A stretch of 64,000 nt of DNA from an uncultured Candidatus Saccharibacteria bacterium (GTDB taxonomy: Bacteria > Patescibacteriota > Saccharimonadia > Saccharimonadales > JACDBH01), in assembly GCA_964644965.1 (NCBI GenBank), contig CAZXYN010000001.1:139012-203011 (forward strand). Reading direction: 5' to 3'. The notes beneath the pieces are model-generated. The model saw only the letters and a list, made by a program, of their open reading frames with translations. It was not told the origin of the DNA and searched no databases. Position 1 is the stretch's first letter, and every line of letters begins with the position of its first letter. This document shows, one piece after another, positions 37,895 to 47,155 of this stretch. The position numbers and the translations under genes are program-made.

Positions 37895-38605
37895 ATGGCC
37901 TCAAAAAAGCAGCTCAGCGTACCCGGCATCGGAGAGGTGACATTCACCAAACGAAAGGGTAATACTAACATACGCCTCAGTTACGCCCGCGACGGCTCAA
38001 TCAGAGTCAGCTTGCCGTATTTTGTGCCTTATGAGGCTGGCGTAGCTTTTGTCAAAAGTAAATCAGCTTGGCTAGAAAAGCACCGCCCAGAAACCAGACC
38101 AGTACTAAAAGAAGGCCAGCGCATTGGCAAAGCCCATCGGCTACATTTTTCGATAAGCACTTCAGCTGCCAGACCAAGCACAAGAGTAAAAGACGGCCGC
38201 GTGACTGTCACTATGCCAGTCTTAACTAATGAAGAGCACGAAGCCAACCAGCAGGCCGCTGAGCGTGGTGCTCATAAAGCACTCAAACAAGAGGCTGATC
38301 AGCTACTGCCACAGCGCGTCAGTCAGCTAGCAGCCAAAAACGGATTTAATTACAGTTCTCTGACAAGCAAGAGGTTGTCATCTAGGTGGGGAAGCTGCAA
38401 CCAACAGCGCAACATTATTCTGAATATCTACCTGATGCAGTTGCCGTGGGAACTAATTGACTACGTCATCATACACGAGCTAGTTCATACCGAATACCTC
38501 AATCATTCGGCAGATTTTTGGCGCAGGTTTGAACAAGTCATGCCCGATGCCAAAACTCGCCGCAAACAGCTCAAAAGCCACCAAACTCATATCATCATCG
38601 CCTAA
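37895..38605 (+). CDS. YgjP/DUF45-family (M48-like) metal-dependent hydrolase
   Basis: RWGSCNQQRNIILNIYLMQLPWELIDYVIIHELVHTEYLNHSADFW; HExxH-type motif. Confidence 0.65.
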   Translation: MASKKQLSVPGIGEVTFTKRKGNTNIRLSYARDGSIRVSLPYFVPYEAGVAFVKSKSAWLEKHRPETRPVLKEGQRIGKAHRLHFSISTSAARPSTRVKDGRVTVTMPVLTNEEHEANQQAAERGAHKALKQEADQLLPQRVSQLAAKNGFNYSSLTSKRLSSRWGSCNQQRNIILNIYLMQLPWELIDYVIIHELVHTEYLNHSADFWRRFEQVMPDAKTRRKQLKSHQTHIIIA

Positions 38606-38652
38606 AATCAGTCCAATCTAAGTTGCCGATTACAGGTTAAAACAGGTATAAT

Positions 38653-39813
38653 ATGCTTATGGATACCCAAGGTGCACCGGCACCTGAACAAACTCAAGCC
38701 GATATCAATCTAGAGCATGCGCAGCTCAGCGCGCTTATCAACAGCATGGCCGACGGCGTCATCGCGACAGATGCTCAAGGCAAAATCACCATGTACAATG
38801 GCGCGGCCTTGAACGTACTGGACAAAAATACCAGGCTGGAGGGAACCTACATCGGTAACTGCCTGAGCTTGGTAGATAACAGCAAACAGCCAATTGACGC
38901 CACCCGACTGATCGTCAACACCAAGACCCAGACAATTTCCCGCGATTATCAGCTACGTTACGACGACGAAAGCCTAATCAATATTTATCTCAGTGTCGCA
39001 CCAGTGAAACCAAGCTACGGTAGCGGCGGCCAGAATGGTTTTGTTGTCCTAATCCGCGATATTACCCACGAAAAATCACTAGAAGACGAACGCAACGAAT
39101 TCATCAGCGTTGTTAGCCACGAGCTGCGCACCCCAGTGACTATTGCCGAGGGCAACTTATCAAACGCAATTATCACCATAGAGAACCAAGGCGACATCCG
39201 CGCCGTCGACAATGCTGTCCATCAGGCTCACGACCAAGTGCTATTCCTGAGCAGCCTTATCAACGACCTATCTACGCTGTCCCGCGCCGAAAACGGCACC
39301 GTCCAAAACCTCAACTACGTATCAATCAACGTCAACCAACTACTGCATACTCTGTCACAAAATTATGTTCCTGATGTAGAGAAAAAGAACCTCACCATGA
39401 ATACAGAGATTGACCCGCATTTAGAGCTCCTACACAACAGCTCGCTGTACGTCCGCGAAATCTTGCAAAACTTCATTACAAATGCCATCAAGTACACCGA
39501 TCATGGCACCATCACGGTAGGCGCCAAGCAAATCGAGGGCGGCGTGGAGTTTACTGTCAGCGATACCGGTATCGGAATTAGCGAAGGCGACCAAGAAAAA
39601 GTCTTTGGCAAATTCTTCCGCAGCGAAGATTATCGCACGCGCAAAAGCTCTGGTACCGGGCTCGGTTTATACGTTACTCAGAAGCTAGCACATCTGATTG
39701 GTGCCAAAATCAGCCTAGAAAGTAAGTTAGGAAAAGGCTCGACATTTACGATTTTTATACCTGACATGGCCACCGTAGCCAAAGCTAATCAGACCACACC
39801 TTCGAGCAGCTAA
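38653..39813 (+). CDS. Cytoplasmic PAS-domain sensor histidine kinase (orphan)
   Basis: PAS (LINSMADGVIATDAQGKITMYN), H-box FISVVSHELRTPVT, G2 box GTGLGLYV; no response regulator nearby. Confidence 0.8.
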   Translation: MLMDTQGAPAPEQTQADINLEHAQLSALINSMADGVIATDAQGKITMYNGAALNVLDKNTRLEGTYIGNCLSLVDNSKQPIDATRLIVNTKTQTISRDYQLRYDDESLINIYLSVAPVKPSYGSGGQNGFVVLIRDITHEKSLEDERNEFISVVSHELRTPVTIAEGNLSNAIITIENQGDIRAVDNAVHQAHDQVLFLSSLINDLSTLSRAENGTVQNLNYVSINVNQLLHTLSQNYVPDVEKKNLTMNTEIDPHLELLHNSSLYVREILQNFITNAIKYTDHGTITVGAKQIEGGVEFTVSDTGIGISEGDQEKVFGKFFRSEDYRTRKSSGTGLGLYVTQKLAHLIGAKISLESKLGKGSTFTIFIPDMATVAKANQTTPSSS

Positions 39814-41315
39814 ATCTTTGGTAATCGTTTGTAATGATGCATAACAGGAATGCAAATATTGCGGTCTTTCCAGGATACTTCCGAAAATTCATAGCGGATC
39901 ATCGATAATTTTGTGACGGTCATCTCTAGTAGTACAGCCACAGGGAACAGTGCCAGTGATAGACTAGTTTGCTTGACACCCCAGGCAGTCATAATTTGGC
40001 GATGAATATGCAGCAGCACAATCGTTACTATGCCAGCCAGTAGCCAGAGTAGCCCAAGGTTCACAAAGAACCCAAGTAAAAACAGCCCGATTGGCAAGAC
40101 AAATAGCCATAGTTCTGCAAACAATACCAGCAGTACATTCTCCGGACGCTTGCGCAGGCGAGGGTAGCGAGTACGCAGTGCTGTCTGCCATTGATCTGGC
40201 AACTGTTTAGCGGTAGACACGTCAAGTTTGCCGCTAGAACGCATGAAGCTATACTCATCGTTCCTAGCCAGCTCGCGGGCAAAATAAGCTTCTGGAATCA
40301 CGCTACCCTTAACAGCTTTCATCTCGCCGCGACCAAAGAACGCCTGACGACTTATAATCCAGACCGTAGATAACACCGGCGGACGGTTAAATAAGCGGCG
40401 CGGCAAAGCCAGTTCCCACCAGTAGCGCATCGGCTGCAACAGATTGGCGTGTTCCTTTATCTGTAGACCTTTGGGCAGTAGTGAAATCATCTGCTTCTGA
40501 CGACCCAGCATACTGCCCACCAGCGTTCGTACGGCGTTTCTACCAACACGCACGTCTACACCGCAAAACAACAATATTTCGCCACTAGCAGCCTCTGCGA
40601 GCGCCTGATAGGCCTGGTTCTTAGCCAACCAATCCTTCTGCGGTGGTTCACCAGCCAGGAACCTCACGCCATCATGAGCAAAGCCTTTTATAATCTCTGA
40701 TGTTTTGTCCTGCGAGCAGTCATCCAGCACCAGAATTTCGAGCTTTGGATAGTCGGACTTTAGCAGCGATTCAAGACAAGACGACAAATCGGCCGTCTCG
40801 TTGCGAGCTGGTATACAGATACTTACAGATGGTAGCTCACTATCTGTAAGATGGGTATCGCTGGAGTTAAATTGAGTTTTCTTTAGCGTTCGCTGGGTCG
40901 AAATCAGCAGCACAACACTTGCCACAAAAGACACCGCCAGAAACCCATACAGCAGCGGAAGTATCTGAATATCCTGCCAGACTATCAATCGCCACCACCC
41001 AAAGCTCACCAGCTGCAATCCAAGCAGCCACAAACTTGTCCGACGGCTGGCGTAGAAAAGCCGCGGTTCTTTCATCCTACCTTCGGTAACCCGAATCGCA
41101 TTCATTATACGAAAGACCGCAACTACCAATATCAGCACTGTTGCCAACCGCAAATCCAGAGCCAGCAGTACCGTCACCGAAAAAGCCGTGAAGGGAATCA
41201 TAGCCACATAGCAAATCCGTCGCAGCAATTTGCCTCTGTTAATCAGCCCAAATAATTCCAACGTCACACCAATCAGACCAGTCACTAATACTAATTGGTA
41301 AGGCACGTCTAACAT
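39810..41315 (-). CDS. Integral-membrane family-2 glycosyltransferase
   Basis: GT2 core VSICIPARNE...LEILVLDDCSQDKT (DxD) flanked by multi-TM N- and C-terminal regions. Confidence 0.7.
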   Translation of the reverse strand: MLDVPYQLVLVTGLIGVTLELFGLINRGKLLRRICYVAMIPFTAFSVTVLLALDLRLATVLILVVAVFRIMNAIRVTEGRMKEPRLFYASRRTSLWLLGLQLVSFGWWRLIVWQDIQILPLLYGFLAVSFVASVVLLISTQRTLKKTQFNSSDTHLTDSELPSVSICIPARNETADLSSCLESLLKSDYPKLEILVLDDCSQDKTSEIIKGFAHDGVRFLAGEPPQKDWLAKNQAYQALAEAASGEILLFCGVDVRVGRNAVRTLVGSMLGRQKQMISLLPKGLQIKEHANLLQPMRYWWELALPRRLFNRPPVLSTVWIISRQAFFGRGEMKAVKGSVIPEAYFARELARNDEYSFMRSSGKLDVSTAKQLPDQWQTALRTRYPRLRKRPENVLLVLFAELWLFVLPIGLFLLGFFVNLGLLWLLAGIVTIVLLHIHRQIMTAWGVKQTSLSLALFPVAVLLEMTVTKLSMIRYEFSEVSWKDRNICIPVMHHYKRLPKI

Positions 41316-41459
41316 GATTCCAAGTATACCATTAGCATTTTCAGGCGGACACAGGCGATAAATAATGCTTATTGACCGTAGTAGACTTTTGAGCAGCCTA
41401 CCTCTTGCGGAGGTAGACTTAGTCCGCCTACGGCGAGATCTCGAAAGCTCACTATAGAG

Positions 41460-41488
41460 TTGACTTTACTTGACAAGTGTGATATAAT
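41460..41488 (+). promoter_or_regulatory. Consensus sigma70 promoter for secE-nusG
   Basis: TTGACT, 17 nt spacer, TATAAT. Confidence 0.55.
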
Positions 41489-41617
41489 GAGTATATATAG
41501 GGTAATATATGTTCTACCGAAGACAATATGATTGACTTTCTCTGGAAAACTAAGTATATTGACACCTAGCAGCTTACTCTCGTAGTAAGTTCTTTTTAAT
41601 TTATAGAGGTATTTACG

Positions 41618-42091
41618 GTGGCAGAAGCAAAACAGTCAAAGAAATCAGTCAAATCGGCAGATTCAGCTAAGTCAGCAACTCGCAAACCACGAGTCAGAAA
41701 GACTGAGACTGTTCGCGAGCGCAATCAGAAGGCTATGGCCAAAGTAGAAGCCAAGGCCACCAAGAAGCAAGCAGATGGCCGTATCAAGCGCACACTCAAA
41801 CGAGTTGGCGCTGCTATCTACCGACCACTCAAGAAACCGCTGCATTTCCTAAGCTGGCCGTTCCGGACTCGCCCAGTGCGGGCTATTGGCCGAGTGCTTG
41901 GTAGAATTTTCTGGCCTAAATATTTCCGTGAATCCTACCGAGAGATCAAGCTTGTAACTTGGCCATCACGTAGCGCTACCTGGAAACTTACTTTTGCAGT
42001 GCTGTTGTTTGCGGTAGTTTTTGGTCTAGCCGCAGCCGGTACTGACTTTGTCTTAGATAAAATAATTAGAAGGATTGTGTTCAGAGCATGA
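41618..42091 (+). CDS. secE: Preprotein translocase SecE with a long basic N-terminal extension (GTG start)
   Basis: C-terminal SecE core EIKLVTWPSRSATWKLTFAVLLFAVVFGL; ~95 aa K/A-rich N-terminus. Confidence 0.75.
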   Translation: MAEAKQSKKSVKSADSAKSATRKPRVRKTETVRERNQKAMAKVEAKATKKQADGRIKRTLKRVGAAIYRPLKKPLHFLSWPFRTRPVRAIGRVLGRIFWPKYFRESYREIKLVTWPSRSATWKLTFAVLLFAVVFGLAAAGTDFVLDKIIRRIVFRA

Positions 42092-42223
42092 GTCCTGTAG
42101 TGAGCCTCCGAGTCGCTCCTAGCGATACCAGAGGTAAACAGATAGGCGCAACGAAACAATTATAAGGATGCCAATAATGACAAGTACAAATTTGAACAAA
42201 TTTACTCGGAGGTCTACTACGGG

Positions 42224-42766
42224 ATGAGCAAACGATACGATACAACAAAACAGTGGTATGCCATTCATACCTATTCTGGTTACGAAGAGAAGGTAGCCGA
42301 ATCTATTCGCCAACGCGCCGATTCTTTGGATATGAAGGACAAAATCTATCAGGTACTTGTCCCTAAAGAAAAGATGATCGAAATCAAGAACGGCAAGCGC
42401 AAGGTTGTCGAAAAGCGGATTTTCCAGGGCTACGTACTGGTGCAAATGAAACTCACCGAAGACGCCTGGTACATCGTCCGTAACACACCAAGTGTTACCG
42501 GATTTGTTGGTACCGGTACAGACCCAACTCCTGTATCAAACGACGAAATCGAAAAAATCATGAAGCGCATGGGCCGCGACGAGCCAAAGCACAAGATGGA
42601 TTACAATGTTGGCGATGTTGTCAGTATTACCGATGGTCCGTTCAAAGGCTTCGATGGCGCCATCAATGAACTCGACGAACAAAAGGGCAAACTCAAGGTA
42701 CTGGTCAACATGTTTGGCCGCGAAACACCTGTCGAGCTGGACAGCCTCCAAGTTAAAAAGGTTTAG
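42224..42766 (+). CDS. nusG: Transcription termination/antitermination factor NusG
   Basis: NGN domain WYAIHTYSGYEEKV and KOW GDVVSITDGPFKGFDGAI. Confidence 0.9.
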   Translation: MSKRYDTTKQWYAIHTYSGYEEKVAESIRQRADSLDMKDKIYQVLVPKEKMIEIKNGKRKVVEKRIFQGYVLVQMKLTEDAWYIVRNTPSVTGFVGTGTDPTPVSNDEIEKIMKRMGRDEPKHKMDYNVGDVVSITDGPFKGFDGAINELDEQKGKLKVLVNMFGRETPVELDSLQVKKV

Positions 42767-42768
42767 AT

Positions 42769-43281
42769 ATGCCACGAGTTACTTATCCGGGTGGTGTGCA
42801 TCACCTGTCTGGTGAGTTTACTCTTGGCCAGGCGAAAAATATCATCAGCGCACTACCTGATGTTGCGGATGTTTTACCCGATTACGACGATATTTCTGGC
42901 AACCGCGGCTATATTGTGTGGAAACACAACGAAGACGAGAATATACCAACCTTTGCACACCGGGCACTCGCGCTTGTACAATCTACCACTGTCAAAAGAG
43001 AATCCCTAAGATCCATCCAGCTAAACCACCAAGGTCGTAGCGGATCACAAGAAGCACATACTGACTATCCATTCACAAGCAGCATGACTATGCACCTATC
43101 GCCAGAGGGCGGACTTATATATCAGACCCCCAATGATGATGAAGCTATTATTAGAACAAACATCGGTGATGTCGTAATACTCGAGCGAGCAAACGAAACA
43201 CTCCATAGAGGCATCAACCTGTCTGATATCGGCAGAGTAACGTTGTCTTTCTTTTTTAACGGCAAGGCGTTTTCTCTATGA
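42769..43281 (+). CDS. Hypothetical protein, possibly 2OG-Fe(II)-oxygenase/cupin-like
   Basis: H-T-D ... ~50 aa ... H (HTDYP...LHRG) arranged like the HxD...H facial triad, with GG.L..Q / GDVVILE strands; weak. Confidence 0.3.
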   Translation: MPRVTYPGGVHHLSGEFTLGQAKNIISALPDVADVLPDYDDISGNRGYIVWKHNEDENIPTFAHRALALVQSTTVKRESLRSIQLNHQGRSGSQEAHTDYPFTSSMTMHLSPEGGLIYQTPNDDEAIIRTNIGDVVILERANETLHRGINLSDIGRVTLSFFFNGKAFSL

Positions 43282-43592
43282 ACGAACAAGCCCCACAACC
43301 AGAAGAGTCACTTGTAGAAAGACTAGCCCGCTTAGAGCAAGACATGACGGCAAACGCTAGCGAGCTCTATATGCTTTATGAGAATGTGCTTGATCTTATT
43401 TCTATGCAAAGCGAAGGCGAGCAAGACAGGCAGCACTTGATCAGACTGGCAGATTCATACGTAGAGTTTGCGTACAAAAGACGCATAGCCTCTATGTACT
43501 TGGACCCCGATGACGATCGCTACTATCACAACCAAAGGGAATCTCTGCAAAAGAGAATTGAAGGTCTAGACCTAGAATATTTCGAACTCTAG
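43278..43592 (+). CDS. Hypothetical acidic protein coupled (ATGA) to the upstream gene
   Basis: 104 aa, predicted coiled-coil-like; no motif I recognise. Confidence 0.4.
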   Translation: MNEQAPQPEESLVERLARLEQDMTANASELYMLYENVLDLISMQSEGEQDRQHLIRLADSYVEFAYKRRIASMYLDPDDDRYYHNQRESLQKRIEGLDLEYFEL

Positions 43593-43883
43593 ACAACAGG
43601 AGCAAGGGAAAAGAGCAGCTGGAGCGTCAGGCTACGCCTGTGCCCCGCGCGATGAACGGGGTCCCCGCAAAGCCTGCTTTGTGGGGTAAAGATAAACCGT
43701 AGGTTTGTCTCATGTCTGGACAACAGGGGTAATTTGTAGTACACTAGTTCAGTTACGCACTTCGGCGGCCGTGAGGGCCGCATATTTGATAAGAATACTT
43801 GATATCTGAGGTAAATGCTTCAAAACCTCTCAAATATTAGCTATCAAATATCAGATATTTAATTTACGAAGGAAATTTATTCT

Positions 43884-44318
43884 ATGGCAGAAGCAAAGAA
43901 AATCAAAGCAAATCTGAAGATGAAGATAAAAGGCGGCCAAGCAAGCGCAGCGCCTCCTGTTGGTAGCACCCTCGGTCAGTACGGTGTAAACATGATGGAC
44001 TTTATCGGTCCGTTCAACGACGCCACTAAGGACAAGATGGGTCAGGATCTGACTGTCCACATCACGATTTACGACGACCGCACTATGAGCTGGAGAAGTG
44101 TTGGTACACCAACTGACGACCTTATTCGAAAAGCCCTGGGCATCCAAAAAGGTTCTGGTGTTCCAAACAAGGAAAAAATCGCCAAAAAGCTTAACCAAGC
44201 TCAGCTAACCGAAATCGCCCAGACCAAGATGGAAGATATGAATGCTGACAATATTGAATCGGTCAAAAAAATGGTAGCTGGTACTGCCCGCAGCATGGGT
44301 GTAGAAGTCGAAGGCTAA
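43884..44318 (+). CDS. rplK: 50S ribosomal protein L11
   Basis: KMKIKGGQASAAPPVGSTLGQYGVNMMDF. Confidence 0.95.
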   Translation: MAEAKKIKANLKMKIKGGQASAAPPVGSTLGQYGVNMMDFIGPFNDATKDKMGQDLTVHITIYDDRTMSWRSVGTPTDDLIRKALGIQKGSGVPNKEKIAKKLNQAQLTEIAQTKMEDMNADNIESVKKMVAGTARSMGVEVEG

Positions 44319-44330
44319 ATCCTAAAGGCA

Positions 44331-44510
44331 ATGAACAAAAATTCTGAACAAGCTCAGGCATCTACAACTATCGACCTTGAGCAGGAAATTGTTGAACAAG
44401 TATCTGACTTGGGTAGATTTGCGCTAGGCACATTCACTGAAAATGCCCAGCCAGAAACTCCCAATATTGTGAAAATTCGCATTCCATTCCAGCTACCATG
44501 GAATAGATAA
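44331..44510 (+). CDS. Small ORF (59 aa) between rplK and rplA
   Basis: Hand translation MNKNSEQAQASTTIDLEQEIVEQVSDLGRFALGTFTENAQPETPNIVKIRIPFQLPWNR*; below the track cutoff; weak SD. Confidence 0.25.
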   Translation: MNKNSEQAQASTTIDLEQEIVEQVSDLGRFALGTFTENAQPETPNIVKIRIPFQLPWNR

Positions 44511-44526
44511 CTAGTTTGCCTATACC

Positions 44527-44578
44527 AAAAAACCTCCGTATAGTTACCCGTCAAAGGTTAACAGCGGAGGTTTTTTAT
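44527..44578. terminator. Terminator hairpin within the rplK-rplA spacer
   Basis: AAAAAACCTCCG...CGGAGGTTTTTT. Confidence 0.55.
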
Positions 44579-44753
44579 GGGCGAACACGACAAAGAAGCA
44601 GTAAGTATGCGTGATAATTCGGGTCTAATGCCAGACTACGACACTGTGGTAGGTGAAATCTGGAAACACCAAGCTGCTGGTGACAAAATGGCTGCCCAGG
44701 CTGTCATGGATCTTACCGGTATCAATATAGAGTTTGAGGGTGATGGACGCTAG
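44577..44753 (+). CDS. Small ORF (58 aa) between rplK and rplA
   Basis: MGEHDKEAVSMRDNSGLMPDYDTVVGEIWKHQAAGDKMAAQAVMDLTGINIEFEGDGR*; GGAGG SD 7 nt upstream. Confidence 0.35.
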   Translation: MGEHDKEAVSMRDNSGLMPDYDTVVGEIWKHQAAGDKMAAQAVMDLTGINIEFEGDGR

Positions 44754-44849
44754 TATTTATCTCTGTTATCTGCTATAATTAGGTTATCAAATTAATTTGT
44801 GGGAGGCCGCTTAGTCAAGCGTCCATTTGCACCACGGAAGGATCATATT

Positions 44850-45863
44850 ATGGCTAAGAAAGCCGACCTACTCGAGCAAGCCAAAGGCTTAGGACTCGAA
44901 GTCACAGACAAAAATACGATTGCTGAAATCGAAGCAGCAATCAAAGCTGCAGATTCTGCAACCGAAGCACCTGAGGTAGTCAAAATAAGCGAAGCGCAAT
45001 CCAGCACTTCCGGCAAAGCCGATAGTGCTGTGACCGCCAAAGCCGGTAAGCGCAGCGCTAAGGCCATCAAAGAAGCCGAGGAGCTTCAGGCAAAAGAAGA
45101 ACGCAAAGCCTCAAAAGCTGAGACAGAAGCCAGCGAAGTCAAAAAGCCAGTCAAACCACCAACTCGTTCACGCTTAGAACGCGCTGGCAAGAAGCTCCGC
45201 AAAGCCTCTGAACTTGTCGAAAACGATAAACAGTACGCTATCAAGGAAGCTCTAGAACTAGCTACCAAGACAAGCACAACCAAGTTTGATGCAACTGTCG
45301 AGCTGCACATCAATCTAAACGTCGACCCTCGTCAGGCAGACCAGAACATACGTGATAATGTTGTCCTACCAAGTGGTACGGGTAAAACAGTCCGGGTTGC
45401 GGCACTAGTAGAAGCTGACGATGAAGCAGCCGCCAAAAAGGCTGGGGCTGACATCGCCGGGCACGAAGATCTGCTAAAGGCAATCGAGAAGGGCGTGATT
45501 GATTTTGACATCCTAATCTCAACTCCAACTCTGATGGCAAAACTTGGCAAGTATGCTCGCACACTCGGTCCAAAAGGTCTGATGCCAAATCCAAAGAGCG
45601 GTACGGTTACGACTGATGTTCCTAAGGCGATCCAACAAGCCAAGGCTGGTCGGGTAGAGTACCGGGTTGATTCAACCGGAATTGTTCACTTAGGCATCGG
45701 TAAGGTTAGCTTTGGCGCTGACAAACTGATGGTTAACACCCAAGCAATTTTTGATTCTATCAAGGCTAACAAACCAAACAGCATCAAGGGCAACTACGTA
45801 AAGGCAATCACTGTTAGTAGCACAATGGGTCCTGGTATCAAGGTTCTGACTACAGAACTCTAA
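44850..45863 (+). CDS. rplA: 50S ribosomal protein L1 with a ~105 aa N-terminal extension (HeH/Rho_N-like motif plus KAE-rich linker)
   Basis: L1 core from KKLRKASELVENDKQYAIKEALELA...NLNVDPRQADQNIRDNVVLPSGTGK; start at ATG 44850 (SD GGAAGGA), not the track 44799 start; N-terminal ADLLEQAKGLGLEVTDKNTIAEIEAAI. Confidence 0.85.
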   Translation: MAKKADLLEQAKGLGLEVTDKNTIAEIEAAIKAADSATEAPEVVKISEAQSSTSGKADSAVTAKAGKRSAKAIKEAEELQAKEERKASKAETEASEVKKPVKPPTRSRLERAGKKLRKASELVENDKQYAIKEALELATKTSTTKFDATVELHINLNVDPRQADQNIRDNVVLPSGTGKTVRVAALVEADDEAAAKKAGADIAGHEDLLKAIEKGVIDFDILISTPTLMAKLGKYARTLGPKGLMPNPKSGTVTTDVPKAIQQAKAGRVEYRVDSTGIVHLGIGKVSFGADKLMVNTQAIFDSIKANKPNSIKGNYVKAITVSSTMGPGIKVLTTEL

Positions 45864-45885
45864 ACAAAAGCGGCAGCTACATTCA

Positions 45886-45925
45886 AAAAAGAATTACGTA
45901 ATTAATTACGTAATTCTTTTTTTGT
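45886..45925. terminator. Perfect 15+15 palindrome terminator after rplA
   Basis: AAGAATTACGTAATTAATTACGTAATTCTTTTTTT. Confidence 0.65.
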
Positions 45926-45990
45926 TGGTGCTTGTTCGCAAATTCACGCGCCATGTGCGTGAAAACTACAACATGTTTATGCTTGTGGCG

Positions 45991-46944
45991 CTACTCTATG
46001 CACATTGGTGTAAGGTTGAGGTATGCGACTGCTTCTGCTTGCTCTTGAGTCAGCAAGTCACAGTCAAAAATATATCCATTATCAACCTCTACGTCAGTCA
46101 CTTTGACCCAATCTCCTTCGTCAGACTCCTTAGTTAAGAATGCATAGATAGAATTGTCGGACACATCTTTTGCACTCAGAAAGGCGTACGACTGATTGTT
46201 GCTGTTCGTATAGAAGCTTACGTCTACATCTTTATCTGCTTTGCTTGATGAAGAAGACTCATATGCGCCTAGTACATTACTTAATTGTATCTTGAAGCGG
46301 TCTATCTTCGCACTTTCAATGCAGTTAACCCTTGCATAATTAGGGTTTGCATAGGTCCTGCAGCTGACACCAGCCCCTGTTAACACTGCTGACTTATCTG
46401 GTGTAGATGTTCCGGATGTCCTAACTTCCCCAGTCAACCCATGGGCCATGATACTACTGTTTATTTGGTCAATTATGTCCATACCCACTTGGCTATAGTT
46501 TAGATAGACGTCTGAGTAAATATCTAAAGTTAAATCTTCCTCTTCATAGTGATAGCTATCTACATAACTGTCGATGGAAGGTTCTGTATGATTTGGGTTA
46601 TAAGCTAATAGATCGGACCTTATTTCATCTAATATTTGTGATGCTGATTTTTGTTCTAAATCAGACTGTATCGCCGTGTCATCTGTTTTAGAATTATTGG
46701 TTAGCTCCTGATTATCCTCTTTGTTGAAAACTAGAAGATAGGAAGCAACCCCAATAGAAAGCAATAATATGATTGCAGCAACTATAAATGGTAGTTTTTT
46801 AGATTTTTTTGGCTGCTCTGGAAGTGGGGCTGGCGCTGTCGGCTGCTGAAGAGTTGATCCGCCTGCAGCTACAGGACTGTCTTCTGGTTGAATCGCTTGA
46901 CCTGGCTGCAGCGGTTGATTTGTGTTGTCTTGATTATTATCCAT
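45991..46944 (-). CDS. Membrane-anchored extracellular protein with a Pro/Gln-rich N-terminus
   Basis: 317 aa; single TM helix LPFIVAAIILLLSIGVASYLLV; no known domain. Confidence 0.5.
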   Translation of the reverse strand: MDNNQDNTNQPLQPGQAIQPEDSPVAAGGSTLQQPTAPAPLPEQPKKSKKLPFIVAAIILLLSIGVASYLLVFNKEDNQELTNNSKTDDTAIQSDLEQKSASQILDEIRSDLLAYNPNHTEPSIDSYVDSYHYEEEDLTLDIYSDVYLNYSQVGMDIIDQINSSIMAHGLTGEVRTSGTSTPDKSAVLTGAGVSCRTYANPNYARVNCIESAKIDRFKIQLSNVLGAYESSSSSKADKDVDVSFYTNSNNQSYAFLSAKDVSDNSIYAFLTKESDEGDWVKVTDVEVDNGYIFDCDLLTQEQAEAVAYLNLTPMCIE

Positions 46945-47155
46945 TGTTGATGCCTATTTAAATAATTATCCTAAGTCTAGCATAAGAGTTATGGGCACGT
47001 AAGCTTCATACGTTTACAGCATTTATAGTGTCAAATGTCGCCTATTCATAAGAACATGCTTATGTTTATAAAAACCACAACACAAAAATGCTTGTGGTGC
47101 TAGTCTATGGTCTGTAAACTTACTCTCAGTACTACTTTGGAGGGAGACAACAGCT

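Noticed and set aside
45922-46137. 71-aa + strand ORF
   Set aside because: Overlaps the palindromic terminator and the 3' end of the minus-strand membrane-protein gene.
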